In this document: positions 63,715-64,000 of the stretch, piece by piece
Numbering within the stretch: the stretch's first letter is position 1
How the letters are laid out: each line of letters starts with the position of its first letter
DNA from: Anthoceros angustus
Lineage: Eukaryota > Plantae > Anthocerotophyta
DNA length: 64,000 nt
NCBI GenBank assembly: GCA_010909165.1
Contig: MU008167.1
Location: 930,001-994,000 of the forward strand
Direction of reading: 5' to 3'
Position numbers and translations under genes: made by a program
Notes under the pieces: model-generated
What the model saw: the letters and a program-made list of their open reading frames with translations, nothing else
What the model was told of the DNA's origin: nothing
Database searches by the model: none

Positions 63715-63845
63715 CCACAAGATGACATAAGGAACTCCACAGCTAAGCGCCCTGCAGGGCGGATCAATGTTGGGATGGGGAACCATCCTATCACAATCGT
63801 TCAATGCTGGAATGGGGAACCATCCTTTCACAACCTTTCAATGCG
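63715..63845 (-). repeat. Dispersed repeat module with perfect palindrome CGCCCTGCAGGGCG (homolog of 11195-11375)
   Basis: The reverse complement reads GATGGTTCCCCATCCCAACATTGATCCGCCCTGCAGGGCGCTTAGCTGTGGAG..ATGTCATCTTGTGG. Confidence 0.75.
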
Positions 63846-64000
63846 GGGATTAAAGAAACCACTAGAGCGAATGAATTTGCATTGATAGATAAGGTATTTA
63901 TACAAGTGTGTTCGTGTAACTACTGAGCAGTTGATACTCTACGAAGTAACTTGCCTAACTGTTGGGAACTGAAGCTTAAACATTATTTTCCAGGCATCTA

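Overview
Eukaryotic, intron-containing plant DNA; a non-seed plant or streptophyte alga is likely (inference from gene and transposon content). The backbone is a tandem array of a convergent two-gene cassette: an ULTRAPETALA-like SAND gene (+ strand, 3 copies) facing a multi-exon SAP-SAP / 'C3H62-like' / Cys-finger gene with a downstream 'LRPILxSEL..HEGRVL' domain (- strand, 4 copies in varying decay). Nested transposons break up the array: a pogo-like remnant, a solo LTR, two Ty1/copia elements with accessory ORFs, an 11.2-kb TIR element (Sola/DUF7869-like transposase plus a divergent ParB/Srx-like gene), a Ty3/gypsy chromovirus and a 10.7-kb CACTA-type element with CCCTA ends. At least five 1-2 kb tandem duplications with microhomology junctions and pervasive 1-bp indels suggest that some frameshifts and duplications are long-read or assembly artefacts. 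All family assignments come from motif recognition by eye; no database search was run.
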